Both the position numbers and the translations under genes were made by a program. Below the pieces are notes generated by a model. It ran no database searches, was not told where the DNA came from, and saw only the letters and a list, made by a program, of their open reading frames with translations. 64,000 nt of DNA, taken from positions 1-64,000 of the IMG/VR virus record IMGVR_UViG_3300021371_000007; one strand, given 5' to 3'. The stretch is from a virus. Shown here piece after piece: positions 30,497-40,754 of the stretch (position 1 is its first letter; the number at the start of each line of letters is the position of its first letter).

Positions 30497-30854
30497 ATTA
30501 CTGTTAGACGCTATAGGAAAATATTCTCAGTCTCAATATCCTTTAGAGGCTTGTGGGATAATTACTTTAGATTTTGAGTTTATACCTAGCAATAACTTAA
30601 GTAATAATCCTAGACATAGTTTTATAATCGATCCTATTATTGTTAATAAGTATGATGGAAATATATGGGGTATTTTTCACTCTCACACAGATGAAAAGTT
30701 CGAGACCCCCTCCGAGTTAGATATGTCTTTAACAGTATATCCAGACATAAAATTTATATTATTCAATAATAAAAATTATTACATATATTGGTACGACACA
30801 GATAAAAATATTAAAAGGTACGAAAAGTTTAATGAAGATCACTGTAAATATTAA
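30477..30854 (+). CDS. Tail tip assembly protein K-like JAB/MPN metalloprotease, without NlpC/P60 domain
   Basis: P.EACG ... IFHSH ...... PS..D. Confidence 0.85.
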   Translation: MLETKFKLLLDAIGKYSQSQYPLEACGIITLDFEFIPSNNLSNNPRHSFIIDPIIVNKYDGNIWGIFHSHTDEKFETPSELDMSLTVYPDIKFILFNNKNYYIYWYDTDKNIKRYEKFNEDHCKY

Positions 30855-31449
30855 TAAGCCTCTTAGATCTTTCTTTGATGATAGATCTTCTATAATACTA
30901 GATGCATCAGACTATTTTGATATATACTCTGGTCTTAAGAATATGTTTCCTAAATTTAATAAGTTACTAAATTCTATAAAAAATACAGAGTCTAAATTTC
31001 AAGACGTAGTATTTATAGAAGATAATAAAATTATAGACGTATCTAAATTTAAACTAATAATTAAAGAAAACTTAGCAGTATCGTTAACTCCCGTATTTTT
31101 TGGCGCAGCTCCCTCTTATACTTTTTCTAATCTATATAGCGATATCAAATCTAGTTTTATGTATCCTTTATTCGGTTTATCTACTGCTAGTACAGAGTCT
31201 TCTGACTTTGAAGGATTAGATAAAAGAATACTAGACTCATCCTTATTTGGAAGAGCAGAAGAAGTATATGCAGCAGGTATGAGAACAGAAAATGATGTAT
31301 TTGGAGAATTACAAATTAATACTAATGCAAAACTACCTATAGGACTTCACTATGGTCTTGTAAGAGTATCAGGTACTTTAATAAATAACTACACTAAAAC
31401 ATATAGATGTGATCCTGATGTGTTTAGAGTAAAGGATGTAATACCTTAA
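30832..31449 (+). CDS. Tail assembly protein I-like (ubiquitin-like N-terminal domain)
   Basis: Beta-grasp-type N-terminus ending LTPVFFGA; C-terminal PI.L.YG..RV.G; lies between K and J. Confidence 0.7.
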   Translation: MKITVNINKPLRSFFDDRSSIILDASDYFDIYSGLKNMFPKFNKLLNSIKNTESKFQDVVFIEDNKIIDVSKFKLIIKENLAVSLTPVFFGAAPSYTFSNLYSDIKSSFMYPLFGLSTASTESSDFEGLDKRILDSSLFGRAEEVYAAGMRTENDVFGELQINTNAKLPIGLHYGLVRVSGTLINNYTKTYRCDPDVFRVKDVIP

Positions 31450-33938
31450 TGGCTATTTCACCACTAACCCTGTCTGTAGGTCAAAATCAAACATTTCAAA
31501 AGCAATTAACTAAACTAAATACAGATATTCAGTTTAGTCATGTCGCTATTGGTGAAGGACCTATATACAGAATAAATCCTAACGGTGTTCAAGATATTAG
31601 AATAGATGGTAAGTTTATTGATGATTTAATAACTGTTAATAATGAACCAGATCCTTATGTTTTTCAATATAAAAGTACTACTGGCAGTATTAATCAGCAA
31701 GTACTTACTCCTTTTAGTGACGAAGTAACAAACAATATAAGGTTTTCCTCTCCTATTGTTCTTAAATCTGGACAGATAAAAGGTGTTGTAACAGGAGTGC
31801 CTGAAGCTAATGTAGTATTTTTTCCTACTTCTGCTTCTGTAGGGGATAATCCTATAGACACTTTAGTGTTTAAATTTTCTGTAGAAGAACTATATAAACA
31901 AGATACTAATAATAACTCTACTACAGGGCCTCAGAATCAAAGATTAGATTTAAGAATAGTAGTACACGACAGGAATGAAACAACTAACATAAATAATTAT
32001 ATTGCTTTAGTACAGCACTCTTTCACTGAGACTATTACTTTTGATACTATATTAGAGGTGCCTATAAGCATACCTTCAGCTAATCAAAGCGAAAATGGAT
32101 ATAGAGTATCTGTATTAAAAGGCTCTGACGACACTTTAGATTCTGAGATTAGTTCTGAAGTTTCTTTTTTAGGATTTAATGAAATATCCCACGAACCTTT
32201 CTCTTATCCTAGAACAGCTAGTATAGGCTATGCCTTAAAAGCTACAGGACTGAGATCAGATGCTGTTTTAAATTACTCTAGTTTAGTAAAAGGTCTTATA
32301 GTCAAAGTTCCTTCTAATTATGATCAACCTATATTAAGTAATGGAGAAGTAGATTGGAGAGAAGTAGAAGTTGATGCTATAACTTCTACCGGGTACGAAC
32401 TTCAATCCTCTCCAGGAACTATTCAATTTGATGCTAATCCTGTAGTTTATAAAGGTATTTGGGACGGTACTTTTAAGTATGATTGGACTCAGAACCCTGC
32501 ATGGATTATATATGATTTATTAACTAATACTTCTTACGGCTATGGAATACCCGAATCATATGTAGACAAATATAACTTTTATAAAGCTTCACAAATATTT
32601 GACGCAGTAGAGCCTGAAACAGGAAAATTTATAGGTGTTGAAACATATGCTGACGGTAGTATACGTCATAAACCTAGAGGACAATTTACTTCTATACTAG
32701 AAGATCAAATAGGTTTATCTTCATCTAAAATAATAAAAGAAAGAAGAATAGTATGTGATCTTAGTGTTACAGACTCTATAGAAACTTATGATCTTATAAA
32801 TAAAATAGTAGCATCTGCCAAAGGTTATTTAGAAATTAGTAATGATAAGATAGGATTGGTGTTAGACTATCCTAATTCTCTTCCAGAACAAATGTTTAAT
32901 GAGGTTAATTTAACAGAAATAAAATACTCAGGAAATAGAGCAGAGGATTACGTAACGGCGGTAGAAGTTTCTTTTAATGATGGTGCTAATAATTATAATA
33001 AAGACTTAATAAAGATATATGATCCTGATTCTGATATGCTAGAAGAAAAAGTAGCTAGTATAGACTTAATAGGCTGCTCTAGAAGAAGTGAGGCTATTAG
33101 ATTTGCTCAATACATATTAGCCTCTAAAAAATATGTAAAAAGAAAAGTAGAATTTTCTACTTTTGTAACTACATCAGATTTAACTCCTGGAACTATTGTT
33201 TCTTTATCTACTCAGACAGTAGGATCTATATACGGATACAATGGTATTATTCAAGATAACTCTGCGGCTAGCAGCGCTACAACAAATTTAAAACTACAAC
33301 ACATTTCTTATCCTCCAATTTCTAATGCCGTATTTGAAAGTAATACTCAACCTCTAGCGTTACGTCACTACAGTCAAGAAAGTGGTAAATCTGAGCTTTA
33401 TATTATAAGTAACACTCAAGTTTCTTACGCTACTACTGGTAATGTACAAGGATCTTTGTCTGGCTATGATTTTATAGAAGTTAAAGCTTTAAGTAAATGG
33501 GACCCTTTAGTAAATACTTTTGTAGGAATTAGTACTTTTGATCCTTTTAATACTCCTAAAGAAAAAGATTTATGGGCTCTTGGAGAAATAGACCCTAGTA
33601 ACTATTACTCTACTAACGCTGCAAAGTTATTTAGAGTAGACTCTATATATATGCCCTCTGGTGCAGAAACTAGTATTTCTGCTAGTGAATATGTACCAAA
33701 AGTATATATAGACAGTGAAAATATTATAAACTTTGAGCCTATACCTATTAAAACAATAGCTAATCCTCTTATAAAACCTGCCCCTCCTATATTTTCTATT
33801 AGCCCTGTTTATACTAATACAGGTGCTGGTAATCCAATTTTAAACTTTTTATTTAATGTACAAAGCAGCTCGAATATTCAAATAGCTCAAGCTTTTATAC
33901 CTAGTTCAAGCTTTGTACCTGTATTGGGGGCTATATAA
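31449..33938 (+). CDS. Tip attachment protein J-like, N-terminal part
   Basis: IGEGPI, YP.TA, V.VPSNY, WDG.FK..WTQNPAW..YDLLTN..YG.G. Confidence 0.85.
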   Translation: MAISPLTLSVGQNQTFQKQLTKLNTDIQFSHVAIGEGPIYRINPNGVQDIRIDGKFIDDLITVNNEPDPYVFQYKSTTGSINQQVLTPFSDEVTNNIRFSSPIVLKSGQIKGVVTGVPEANVVFFPTSASVGDNPIDTLVFKFSVEELYKQDTNNNSTTGPQNQRLDLRIVVHDRNETTNINNYIALVQHSFTETITFDTILEVPISIPSANQSENGYRVSVLKGSDDTLDSEISSEVSFLGFNEISHEPFSYPRTASIGYALKATGLRSDAVLNYSSLVKGLIVKVPSNYDQPILSNGEVDWREVEVDAITSTGYELQSSPGTIQFDANPVVYKGIWDGTFKYDWTQNPAWIIYDLLTNTSYGYGIPESYVDKYNFYKASQIFDAVEPETGKFIGVETYADGSIRHKPRGQFTSILEDQIGLSSSKIIKERRIVCDLSVTDSIETYDLINKIVASAKGYLEISNDKIGLVLDYPNSLPEQMFNEVNLTEIKYSGNRAEDYVTAVEVSFNDGANNYNKDLIKIYDPDSDMLEEKVASIDLIGCSRRSEAIRFAQYILASKKYVKRKVEFSTFVTTSDLTPGTIVSLSTQTVGSIYGYNGIIQDNSAASSATTNLKLQHISYPPISNAVFESNTQPLALRHYSQESGKSELYIISNTQVSYATTGNVQGSLSGYDFIEVKALSKWDPLVNTFVGISTFDPFNTPKEKDLWALGEIDPSNYYSTNAAKLFRVDSIYMPSGAETSISASEYVPKVYIDSENIINFEPIPIKTIANPLIKPAPPIFSISPVYTNTGAGNPILNFLFNVQSSSNIQIAQAFIPSSSFVPVLGAI

Positions 33939-36900
33939 TGGCTAATTTAACTTTCTTAGTGGCTAACACCACTCCTTTTGTAGGGCAGCCTTCTGCAGCC
34001 TTATTTGGTAAAAACGGGTCTAAGTCCTCTTTAGGTACTGTAAAACCTTTAGTTCTAAACACAGAATTAATAGATACTAGTATTACTTTTTCTGTTTCTA
34101 ATCTGCACTTAATGTATGATGATAACTTTGACTCTCACTTACTAGAGGCTAGAAATAATACTCAGCTAGTAACTCTTAAAGGTCAGTCGCCAGATAACTT
34201 ATTAAGGTATAATTTAAATATAAAATCAGCGTCTAATACCGCAGGAGTAGCTGAAAATACAGTAGGTCACGATTCTACCTTAGTTGCTTTAAGCTCTAAT
34301 ATAACTTCTTTTGATATTACAGCTAATACTTTAACTATAGACTATAATACTGCAGAGGTAGCGACAGTAGTTAAAAATGCTTTACTACCTTCTCCTTTTT
34401 ATGTTGAGCTTCAACAATTAATAGAGCCTACAATATCTAGTTCTAATACTTTTTTTATATCTGGTGATCTTAATATCCTATCTAATACGCATAACGTAGC
34501 CAATCAAGCAGGAACTATGCTTTTACCTATAGGAGTAGCCCCTCCTGCTAAAGGTCTAATAAGTACTTTTGTGAATGGGAGCTTAGTTGAAGAAGAAGTA
34601 ACTGAGTTTTCTTGGTCTGCAGGAGATAATTATATAAACCATAATATATCATCAAGCGACTTAGAAATAATTACTTCAGTAGAAAACTACTCTTCTCCTG
34701 CATTTGAATCTAAAGATAATATATTTATAGTTGATAATGAGCAATTAAATACAATAAATTCAGTATCTTATATAGCTAGCTCTCCCACGTATAACACATC
34801 TTTAACTGCCTCTGATTTTTTTAAAGTAACGCTTACAGATAATATTGCTTCTTCAGTGGGTAAGACTACTATAATGAACACATCAGAAGATTTAATTGCT
34901 GATATTAGTTCTATTGACACTATAAACAAACAAGTGACCCTTACCTATGACGAACTTAAATATGATAAAGGATATGAGCTTGCAAATAATGGTGTTTATA
35001 TATTATGTCCTTTTAGCTATAATGACTTTAACTCTGTAACTTTAGTAGACAACAAAATACAAACTCCAGCTACAGCAGGCGTATTTGTATTTCAGGTATC
35101 TGCCGTAAATGAGTTTAATAGGTCTAGTGTGCCTATTACTCAATCTGTAGCTACAGCTTATCCACCATTAGGACAAGTATCTGAGACTGAAGTGGTGTTA
35201 ACTGAAAACTTATTTAGAGATAGAACTAAAGGAGTAATGTCTAGAGTAATTGGGCAATTTCCTCACATTATAAATAGAAATGTAAAAACATACGATATAA
35301 GCTATAAAATAGTTCAATTATCAGGAGCAGATTCTCATCCTAGTGGTATGACTAATTTTACTAGTTTTATGGTAGATGCTAATGAGGCCGGAGAAGACGG
35401 TAACATTCACTTTGTTATAAGTAACTTAGATTTAGGACAAGCAGGAAACACTTACTCCCTTCAAGTAAAGATTTTACCTATAAATGGTCTTATATCTGGA
35501 ATACCAGTATATAAATCTTTAACGCTATCAGGTAAATCTGATAGGCCTTTAGAATTAAATAGTTTTAACATAACCCAAACTAATGACTCTATAGTTTTTG
35601 ATGTAGAATATCCTGTAGATTCACAAAATAATTTAGATGAGTTAGATATCTTACATACAGAAGTAAGATCTTTAAAACCTGTAGTAGGAATAGACAATCA
35701 AAACAATATTAATGATGCTTTTTTAAGGGGAGATAAAGTAATGCTATTACCCCATCCTTTAAGTAGGGCTGAAGTATCTTTAGACAGATTTACATCAGGA
35801 TCCTATACCTTTACTGCTAAGACTGTTGATACTAGCGGTAATTATTCTTTAAATGCTTTAGCTAGAAATTTACAAGTAGAAATATCTACACAAACTGATA
35901 CGCTAGCTATTTGGAATGAGGCTGCTCCTAATACTAATATATCTTCTTCAGTAGGGAACTATAACTATGGGGATAACGTTTTTGTAGGAGTTACAGAAGT
36001 AGATAACGGAGGATTAGTATATCACATAGATCCTATAACTTCTCCTATACTAGGAGTAGATACTCCGTCCAGCTTAGCAGAAGATGCTAATGCTTCTGCT
36101 AATGGGTTTTCATGGGCGCAAGGCCAGAGTCAAGGCTTTGATAAAACTGACTTACTTATTACTTCTGCTAACTCTGTTTATATTAGCCCTGTTAGAGATT
36201 TAGGATCTGTAGTAAGAGGTAATATTGTTGTATCTAGTTTAGTTAATTCTTCATTGTTAGAAAAGTTTTTAGAAGTATCACAAGATTTAATAGTGGGAGT
36301 ATCTGAAGGACATAGTTCTCATGCTAATGTTTTATTTGATTCTGATTTTGAAATAGGTACTGTAACAGGCTATAATAATTCAGAATCTTCTTTTTCCTTT
36401 AGCAATACTCATAATACTATTATTGACGGTTCTGCCAATAATAAAGTATTTGTAATTGTAAATCCAGGACAGGAAGTCATAGGTTCTATGGACGCTGCAG
36501 ACGATGTTTCTAATATACATAGTTATGCTCTTATAGCAGGCGCTATAAATACTAATGCTATAGAACTCAGTGCCGTATACTATGCTAATGGAAAGCCCGT
36601 GCCTACAGGCAACTCTACTAATAGTACTGCTCTTTCTAACATAACTCAATCTGGCAGTACTTATAAATTAGTAGATATGAATCAATTTGTAGATGCTTTT
36701 GGAGCTAGAGACTTTTCTCCTGATGTAGAAGTATCTAAAAACGTTTATGTGAGATTCTCATCTGCTAATGTTTTTGAAACTTCTGATAATGTTTCTTCTA
36801 AACCTCATGGAAATGTTAACATTTCTTTGTTTGATGAAGGGGATGATGATGAAAACTGGCAATCAAACTACTTTGGTTTAAGACGCTTTAGATATTTTCA

Positions 36901-37237
36901 AGTTAAAACTGAATTTGATATAAATGATTACGGAGACTCAGCAAATACCTTTATAGATGAACTAAACTATGAAGTTAGGGGCATAAAAAAAGAATTTACA
37001 ACAGTTGTGAGCTCTGCTAATAAAGTTCAAGGAAACTTAGTAGTAGACTATAGCAGTGCAGAATTTTTTAGAACACCTACAGTGTTTACTCAAATACTAT
37101 CGGCTAATACCAGCCTCATATCTAGAACTAGCGATTTGACAAATGAAAGTTGCAATGTTACTATATTTAATACACAGAATGGAAATGTTGTTGACAATGC
37201 AGATGTCGAAATAACTATTTCAGCTACAGGAGCATAA
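33938..37237 (+). CDS. Central tail fibre / J C-terminal-like protein with FN3-like domains
   Basis: Coupled to the J-like gene by TAATG overlap; GSYTF.AK.VDTSGN.S, R.FRYFQ.K and V.AVN.FN..S motifs. Confidence 0.65.
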   Translation: MANLTFLVANTTPFVGQPSAALFGKNGSKSSLGTVKPLVLNTELIDTSITFSVSNLHLMYDDNFDSHLLEARNNTQLVTLKGQSPDNLLRYNLNIKSASNTAGVAENTVGHDSTLVALSSNITSFDITANTLTIDYNTAEVATVVKNALLPSPFYVELQQLIEPTISSSNTFFISGDLNILSNTHNVANQAGTMLLPIGVAPPAKGLISTFVNGSLVEEEVTEFSWSAGDNYINHNISSSDLEIITSVENYSSPAFESKDNIFIVDNEQLNTINSVSYIASSPTYNTSLTASDFFKVTLTDNIASSVGKTTIMNTSEDLIADISSIDTINKQVTLTYDELKYDKGYELANNGVYILCPFSYNDFNSVTLVDNKIQTPATAGVFVFQVSAVNEFNRSSVPITQSVATAYPPLGQVSETEVVLTENLFRDRTKGVMSRVIGQFPHIINRNVKTYDISYKIVQLSGADSHPSGMTNFTSFMVDANEAGEDGNIHFVISNLDLGQAGNTYSLQVKILPINGLISGIPVYKSLTLSGKSDRPLELNSFNITQTNDSIVFDVEYPVDSQNNLDELDILHTEVRSLKPVVGIDNQNNINDAFLRGDKVMLLPHPLSRAEVSLDRFTSGSYTFTAKTVDTSGNYSLNALARNLQVEISTQTDTLAIWNEAAPNTNISSSVGNYNYGDNVFVGVTEVDNGGLVYHIDPITSPILGVDTPSSLAEDANASANGFSWAQGQSQGFDKTDLLITSANSVYISPVRDLGSVVRGNIVVSSLVNSSLLEKFLEVSQDLIVGVSEGHSSHANVLFDSDFEIGTVTGYNNSESSFSFSNTHNTIIDGSANNKVFVIVNPGQEVIGSMDAADDVSNIHSYALIAGAINTNAIELSAVYYANGKPVPTGNSTNSTALSNITQSGSTYKLVDMNQFVDAFGARDFSPDVEVSKNVYVRFSSANVFETSDNVSSKPHGNVNISLFDEGDDDENWQSNYFGLRRFRYFQVKTEFDINDYGDSANTFIDELNYEVRGIKKEFTTVVSSANKVQGNLVVDYSSAEFFRTPTVFTQILSANTSLISRTSDLTNESCNVTIFNTQNGNVVDNADVEITISATGA

Positions 37238-37238
37238 G

Positions 37239-37865
37239 ATGGCTATAACTACTTCAAATACTTTTCATACAGCTGCTATCTCTGACACTATATCAAGTGC
37301 CAGAGGATATTGGAATTCTAGTTTTCAAGCACTGCTAAGAAATTTTAATAGTGCCAATGCTACTCCTAATTCTAATAATTTAAATTTTGAAGGAGCACTC
37401 ACTACTGAGCCTGACGGTATGTTATATTATAATAATACTACTGGAGGGATGTACTTACATACTACTAAGTTTGGTCAAGGTCCTTACGGTAATTTTAGAA
37501 GAGCAGGACTAGGCACTAGACCCTACACTACTGTAGCAGCTGCTGCACTAGATAGTGCTGCATTAGACCCTGGAGAGTTAATAGTAGTAATTAATGATAC
37601 AGGAGGCACTGCTGCTAATAATAGAGTTTATTTAGTATCAGATGATAATAAACATTTAATTGATGTAGGAATACCTACTACAGACGGGGTTATAGCTAAT
37701 AATACTATAGTATCGAAAAGTATTACAGGAAATGAAATAGCAGATAACGCTATTACTTCAGATCACATAGCTCCAGGTACTGTTATTGAAACGGATTTTG
37801 CAGATGAGTCAGTTACAGATAGTAAATTAGACTCTTCCCTAGTTATGTTGAGCATGGTACTATAA
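37239..37865 (+). CDS. Tail fibre-associated virion protein
   Basis: G.L.YN.TT..MY motif and IT...IAD..IT...IA repeats. Confidence 0.5.
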   Translation: MAITTSNTFHTAAISDTISSARGYWNSSFQALLRNFNSANATPNSNNLNFEGALTTEPDGMLYYNNTTGGMYLHTTKFGQGPYGNFRRAGLGTRPYTTVAAAALDSAALDPGELIVVINDTGGTAANNRVYLVSDDNKHLIDVGIPTTDGVIANNTIVSKSITGNEIADNAITSDHIAPGTVIETDFADESVTDSKLDSSLVMLSMVL

Positions 37866-38218
37866 TGTTTTCAAAAGTTTTATTTGGATTTTTGTTAGCT
37901 AGTCTTACTGCTTCTGGATTTTTATTTTGGCAAAATAACGTCTTAAAAGAGAATCTAGTGAAAATAGAAGCAGTTTATGAGCGTCAAAAAACGACTATTT
38001 TAAAAATGGAAAAAAGTTTTTCAACTTCTGTTGAAGAAAATTCTAGATTACAAAAAGCTTTAACAGCACAAGAAAACGCTATAGATAGTTTACGAAAGAC
38101 ACTAACTAAACATGACTTAACTAAGATTGCTAAATCTAAACCAGAAATATTAGAAAAGAAGATAAATGATGCGACTAACGAATTATTTAATGATATTACC
38201 TCTTTTACTAGCGACTAG
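37865..38218 (+). CDS. Inner-membrane spanin (Rz-like)
   Basis: N-terminal TM helix then coiled coil; KP..LEK.IN.AT; overlaps a lipoprotein gene. Confidence 0.7.
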   Translation: MFSKVLFGFLLASLTASGFLFWQNNVLKENLVKIEAVYERQKTTILKMEKSFSTSVEENSRLQKALTAQENAIDSLRKTLTKHDLTKIAKSKPEILEKKINDATNELFNDITSFTSD

Positions 38219-38516
38219 TTGTGGTATAATACCTAGAGAAATAGAAGTTGTTGAAACTGAAATAGAAATTCCTATTATTTTTCAAGACTCTCCTAAGCCT
38301 GTTGAAACTTATCCGATAAATTTTAAAGTTATCAATGAAGAGAACTTAGAAGCTTTTTTAAATGAGCTTAGATCTTTAGAAGGTGAGGTAGTTTTTGTGG
38401 CTTTAGATGTTAGAGACTATGAAAAATTAGCACTAAATACTCAGGATCTAGTTAGATATATAAAACAACAAAAAGAAATAATAATTTACTATGAAACACT
38501 ATTAGAGGGAGATTAA
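38166..38516 (+). CDS. Outer-membrane spanin (Rz1-like lipoprotein)
   Basis: Signal peptide with lipobox-like LLLATSC; Pro-rich start; YE.L..N...L.RYI.QQ..II.YY. Confidence 0.7.
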   Translation: MMRLTNYLMILPLLLATSCGIIPREIEVVETEIEIPIIFQDSPKPVETYPINFKVINEENLEAFLNELRSLEGEVVFVALDVRDYEKLALNTQDLVRYIKQQKEIIIYYETLLEGD

Positions 38517-38578
38517 AGTGTTACATTAATATAAGGCTTTAAATAATATATTATTTATAGCATACGGAGGCGATATAA

Positions 38579-39061
38579 ATGATAGATCCAATAACGGCTA
38601 TTAGCGCAGCAACAGCTGCGTTTAATGGTGTGAAAAAGCTTGTTGCTGCCGGTAGAGAGATAGAAGATGTAGTAGGTCAACTAGGTAAATGGTATGGCGC
38701 AGCTGCTGACTTAAACCGAGCAGAGCAACAAAGAAAAAACCCCCCTATATTCAGTAAACTATTCAATGGGGGTTCAATAGAAGAAGAAGCTTTAGGTATA
38801 ATAGTACAAAAGAAAAAATTAGAAGAACAAGAAAAGCAACTTCAAGACTTACTAAACATAAGATTTGGTTTTGGTACTTGGAAAGAGATGGTAGAACTTC
38901 GTCGCAAAATTAAAAAAGAACGAGAAGAGACTATGTATAAACAAGAAGAGCGTAAAGCGGCTTTTTTTGAGGGGTTACTTCTTATATTTTTAATCACTTT
39001 AGGTGCAGGAGTCATAGGTATAACTACATTTTTAGTGGGTACCGGCGCTGGTTGGTGGTAA
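38579..39061 (+). CDS. Hypothetical membrane protein
   Basis: GGAGG SD; MIDP.TA...AT.AF..VK N-terminus; C-terminal TM helix. Confidence 0.7.
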   Translation: MIDPITAISAATAAFNGVKKLVAAGREIEDVVGQLGKWYGAAADLNRAEQQRKNPPIFSKLFNGGSIEEEALGIIVQKKKLEEQEKQLQDLLNIRFGFGTWKEMVELRRKIKKEREETMYKQEERKAAFFEGLLLIFLITLGAGVIGITTFLVGTGAGWW

Positions 39062-39231
39062 TATGGCCTTTAGTCTACACTACTCTAACTATGATCTTTA
39101 TTGATAATCAACCCCCTTCAACCTTAGTACGAGTATGTAGATATCAACATCCAGAAATTGTATGGAAAAAGCGTCAATACTGGATATGGGAGTGGCAGCA
39201 ATGCCCTCCAGGAATTATTAGAGATAATTAA
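39055..39231 (+). CDS. Small hypothetical protein (58 aa), absent from the ORF track
   Basis: GTG start overlapping the upstream gene end; MVIWPLVYTTLTMIFIDNQPPSTLVRVCRYQHPEIVWKKRQYWIWEWQQCPPGIIRDN fills the gap exactly. Confidence 0.5.
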   Translation: MVIWPLVYTTLTMIFIDNQPPSTLVRVCRYQHPEIVWKKRQYWIWEWQQCPPGIIRDN

Positions 39232-39250
39232 TTTCAAAGGAGAACTACAT

Positions 39251-39619
39251 ATGGCAGCAGCAAAAACACTACAGCCTGACTCTATTTTTGCAGAGCTAGA
39301 TACAGATGGTGATGGAGTTATTACAGACGAAGAAATGGCACGCGCAAAAGAAATAGCTGAATTTGAACATAAGCGTAAAATGCAAGAAAATGAAGATAAG
39401 AAAGAAGATCAAATCAGAGCTATGGCGTGGTTTGCTCTTTGGGGCATGCTATTATATCCTATATTAATACTAGCAACTTCTTTCTTAGGAGTAAAAGACG
39501 CCGCACAATTAATAGGAGATATAGCTCCTACTTATTTTGTAGCTATTGCAGGATTAGTTGCAGCATTCTTTGGTGCACAGGCGTATTCAAAAAATAAAGC
39601 TAATGCTGATAAAAAATAA
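39251..39619 (+). CDS. EF-hand-containing two-TM membrane protein (holin/antiholin candidate)
   Basis: AAGGAG SD before ATG 39251; canonical loop DTDGDGVITDEE; two hydrophobic helices; basic tail. Confidence 0.7.
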   Translation: MAAAKTLQPDSIFAELDTDGDGVITDEEMARAKEIAEFEHKRKMQENEDKKEDQIRAMAWFALWGMLLYPILILATSFLGVKDAAQLIGDIAPTYFVAIAGLVAAFFGAQAYSKNKANADKK

Positions 39620-39633
39620 AAGGAGATAAGAAA

Positions 39634-39861
39634 TTGGAAAATAAATATCAAAAATGGATAGACATGGCAACAGCTGTAGATTCTTGGAGAATTTTTCCTA
39701 GACTATTTATTACTACTTATATATACTTATTATATAAAGTAGTTGTATGGTATATGGGAATAGAAGATCCTACGATGGAGCAATCAGGCCTAGTAAGCAT
39801 AGTAGTTGGTGCTGGGGCTGCATGGTTTGGTTTATATACCGGATCAGGAAAAACTAAATAA
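39634..39861 (+). CDS. Small two-TM membrane protein (holin candidate)
   Basis: AAGGAG SD; D.WRIFPR then two TM helices. Confidence 0.6.
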   Translation: MENKYQKWIDMATAVDSWRIFPRLFITTYIYLLYKVVVWYMGIEDPTMEQSGLVSIVVGAGAAWFGLYTGSGKTK

Positions 39862-40025
39862 AAAAAGTAAATGTTACTATAGAAGATTTAATTCTGTTTA
39901 TAGTAATTTTAATTGTATGGTTAGATACCTCTTGGTTGGATATATACTATTCAAATCATATACTTAGAGTACAAGAGTTTGTTTTAAGTATCTTTCCTTT
40001 TATATCTGTTTTATTATATTAAACT

Positions 40026-40055
40026 AAAAAGAGGGCTTTCGCCCTCTTTTTTTTT
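40026..40055. terminator. Bidirectional intrinsic terminator between convergent virion and replication modules
   Basis: AAAAAGAGGGC-tttc-GCCCTCTTTTTTTTT. Confidence 0.9.
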
Positions 40056-40443
40056 ATCCAGTTGCTTCTTTCATAGTTGAAAAATAGTTTCTTGAGTAGT
40101 AACTTTCAAGTTCTTTATAACTTCCTAGTAGCTTACCGTTTTGATAAATACAAGGGGAATAGTTTAAACCTTTTCCTATAGCTTCTTGAGCAGAAGACTG
40201 ACTATGTGTTTGATGATGAATATGTTGTTCTCCATGCTTTCTTAATAAATCTAAGGCTTTTTGAGACCAGTCACAGTTTGGAATAGACACCATACTCCAA
40301 ACTACTTTTTTGGAGTTATCTTTTAGCCAGCTTGCTGGCTTAGGCGGAGACGGTATAGTCTCTTCTTTTTTTATGGGTGTAGCCTTCTTAATAGTATTAC
40401 TCTTATTAGTAGTTTTAGGTGTTGTAATAGTTTTTTCTGTCAT
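40054..40443 (-). CDS. Glutaredoxin-like protein (CxxS)
   Basis: SIPNCDWS.KA..LL ... P.IY.NG.LLG.Y.EL; low-complexity N-terminal extension. Confidence 0.7.
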   Translation of the reverse strand: MTEKTITTPKTTNKSNTIKKATPIKKEETIPSPPKPASWLKDNSKKVVWSMVSIPNCDWSQKALDLLRKHGEQHIHHQTHSQSSAQEAIGKGLNYSPCIYQNGKLLGSYKELESYYSRNYFSTMKEATG

Positions 40444-40454
40444 AATTAACTCCT

Positions 40455-40742
40455 TTAGTGTACTATGCCTAAAATATCAGATTCTTTTACTATTAGAAGA
40501 TCTTCTCCATCAATAGTTACTTCTGTTCCTGACCATTTACCAAACAAAATAGTATCTCCAGTAGATACAGATAAGGGTATTAATTCTCCGTTATCTTTTC
40601 TTAGTCCTTTACCACAAGCTACTACCGTACCCTCTGCAGGTTTTTCTTTAGCACTTTCAGGAATTATAATACCCCCAGAAGTAGTTTCTTCTACTTCTGT
40701 TCGCCTAATAAGTACACGATCTTGAAGAGGTGTTAATGCCAT
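40455..40742 (-). CDS. groES: Co-chaperonin GroES
   Basis: PL.DRVLIRR...EE.T.GGIIIP.SAKEKP.EG.VVA.G.G...[12 protein letters not shown]...LI.KESDILG. Confidence 0.97.
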   Translation of the reverse strand: MALTPLQDRVLIRRTEVEETTSGGIIIPESAKEKPAEGTVVACGKGLRKDNGELIPLSVSTGDTILFGKWSGTEVTIDGEDLLIVKESDILGIVH

Positions 40743-40754
40743 AATATTTTCTCC

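Noticed and set aside
30477-31449. JAB protease plus ubiquitin-like pair as a bacterial ubiquitination or defence system
   Set aside because: No E1/E2 genes; position between L and J identifies them as lambda K/I-type tail assembly genes
38540-38557. 18-bp palindrome TAAATAATATATTATTTA
   Set aside because: A/T only in an AT-rich genome; no second copy noticed
39158-39250. N-terminal extension of the 153-aa ORF in the track
   Set aside because: Strong SD precedes ATG 39251, and the upstream region is better explained by the 58-aa ORF at 39055-39231
39858-40022. Hydrophobic open frame of about 54 codons before the bidirectional terminator
   Set aside because: No ATG/GTG/TTG start with an SD at its beginning; cannot be supported
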